DNA of 64,000 bases from an uncultured Candidatus Saccharibacteria bacterium (lineage in GTDB: Bacteria > Patescibacteriota > Minisyncoccia > Phycocordibacterales > UBA2100), in the NCBI GenBank assembly GCA_964362175.1, contig CAYIDD010000001.1:569-64568 (forward strand), written 5' to 3'. Shown here in pieces: positions 62,862 to 64,000 of the stretch; positions within the stretch are counted from its first letter, which is position 1, and every line of letters begins with the position of its first letter. The translations under genes and the position numbers were made by a program. The notes beneath the pieces were generated by a model. The model did not search any database. It had not been told where the DNA came from and saw nothing but the letters and a program-made list of their open reading frames with translations.

Positions 62862-63734
62862 TTACTTGGGATCAGCGCTGCGATACCCCGTCACAAACCA
62901 CGTGCTCGACGGCATCCATACACCATGATCTTTTTTATACGGTTCTAGCTTCTTAGCAACGTCCGCTTTGATTTCATCCATTTTAGTTTCAGCGGCTTTA
63001 CCCGAGAGCCGGATGACTTCCCCGGCAGGTCCAATTGCGAGCGCAAACTCCATTGCCTCCTCTGGATCTTTACCTATCTTCATATCGATGTCATGTCGCT
63101 CGAGAGAGATGCGCTCAAACCCAGCGTTTTTCATCCACCTACTGGTATCATCTGCGTCTGCCATCGAGAAAGGGCCGGGACCGCAGGTTGGTGCGTTTGA
63201 CTCCGGCTCTCCAAGGTACGAGCGGACGATTTTCTCTGCTTCATGCAGCCAGCCGTTATCCTTCTTTTGCCGCCACACCACCATGGTCATTCTTCCTCCT
63301 GGTTTAAGCGAATTACAGATATTTCTGAGTGCGACCGTTGCATCTGAAAAAAACATAGTGCCAAAGCGGGCAAACGCGAGGTCGTACGGCCCCCCGAGGT
63401 CATCGACCTGCACGTCTTTAACATCAAATGTCACGTTCCCTTCTTTGTCGGCATAGTGCTCTTTGGCATACGCAATGAAATTAGGCGAACAATCCACGCC
63501 GTAGGCGCTTCCGGTGATCTTAGCTATCTCGGCAGTTCCATCTCCAAAGCCACACCCGATATCGATTACTTTCTGACCCCTTGTAGGCTTAATGCGATCG
63601 AGTGCTACAGTCCCGTGGACTGCAAGGCCGTCGAGGAAGATATATCGGAAGCGACTAAACTTTTCAAAAAGCACACCGTCCCACGCCTCAATAATGATGT
63701 CATTCTCACTTTGTTTCTTTTTAGTCATTGGCAA
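62862..63734 (-). CDS. class I SAM-dependent methyltransferase
   Basis: VIDIGCGFGDGT motif I, acidic motif II, Rossmann-fold pattern. Confidence 0.8.
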   Translation of the reverse strand: MPMTKKKQSENDIIIEAWDGVLFEKFSRFRYIFLDGLAVHGTVALDRIKPTRGQKVIDIGCGFGDGTAEIAKITGSAYGVDCSPNFIAYAKEHYADKEGNVTFDVKDVQVDDLGGPYDLAFARFGTMFFSDATVALRNICNSLKPGGRMTMVVWRQKKDNGWLHEAEKIVRSYLGEPESNAPTCGPGPFSMADADDTSRWMKNAGFERISLERHDIDMKIGKDPEEAMEFALAIGPAGEVIRLSGKAAETKMDEIKADVAKKLEPYKKDHGVWMPSSTWFVTGYRSADPK

Positions 63735-64000
63735 AGTGTAGCAAAGATTGCGATATTAAACACCTATGTTCGCTCTCGGGAATCGAGCACAAGCAAGTCC
63801 CCTCCACCACCCCCCTTCAATGCACAAAAAATTATTTACTTCAGCTCTATCGAGCCGGTACAGCGCCAGTTTATCTCAGCCGTTTTTGTCACTTCACTCA
63901 CGACACACGCCGGAGCACAGCCGGGCTTGATGGCATTTAAATTGGCGTCAAACCACCACGTTTGGGTATTTCTGTTGTGTGTGCCCGCTGCGAGCGCCTC

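Noticed and set aside
63728-63940. 70-aa plus-strand ORF at the window end
   Set aside because: Its start overlaps the methyltransferase gene start on the other strand. No motifs, and the position looks intergenic and promoter-like.
1-64000. CRISPR arrays, rRNA genes, integrase or transposase genes
   Set aside because: There are no short regularly spaced direct repeats, no 16S/23S/5S-like conserved blocks, and no tyrosine or serine recombinase or DDE transposase motifs in any long ORF. The two insertion-like regions appear to lack their own recombinases.

Overview
This 64 kb window comes from a compact, fairly high-GC bacterial chromosome. Genes are tightly packed and often overlap by 1 to 4 nt. 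The gene content points to a small-genome lineage such as Patescibacteria/CPR, but that is inference only: a class II B12-dependent ribonucleotide reductase, a SET-domain protein, giant cysteine-rich surface proteins with tandem Ig-like repeats, a sugar aminotransferase fused to a FemAB-family transferase, and a reduced RNase P RNA.

Recognisable genes include hisS, lepA, murJ, nrdJ-like RNR, groES/groEL, secG, RNase J, htpX/lemA, metK, glmS, nth, maf, a yvcK-like gene, a murF-like ligase, a dsbA/dsbB pair and an amidase/metalloprotease/CAP cell-wall cluster. RNA genes are tRNA-Phe, tRNA-Arg, tRNA-Gly and tRNA-Ser, a type-A-like RNase P RNA, and a SAM-I riboswitch in front of metK.

The most unusual structures are:
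- a duplicative insertion at the glmS 3' end between convergent metK and glmS (the classic Tn7-type hotspot). It has a 262-bp perfect direct repeat, a diverged metK 3' fragment and a 600-aa orphan gene.
- a low-GC islet next to tRNA-Ser, flanked by 24-bp direct repeats, with a nested 32-nt tRNA 3' fragment and a lone J-domain gene.
- a ~90-nt three-stem structured element present twice, each time immediately upstream of a stable-RNA gene (rnpB and tRNA-Gly), with a compensatory base-pair change between copies.
- a family of GGGAAAC..GTTTCCC palindromic hairpins in tRNA trailers.

There is no CRISPR array, no rRNA, and no intact integrase or transposase. All calls rest on reading the sequence and the ORF track by eye. 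No database searches were run.
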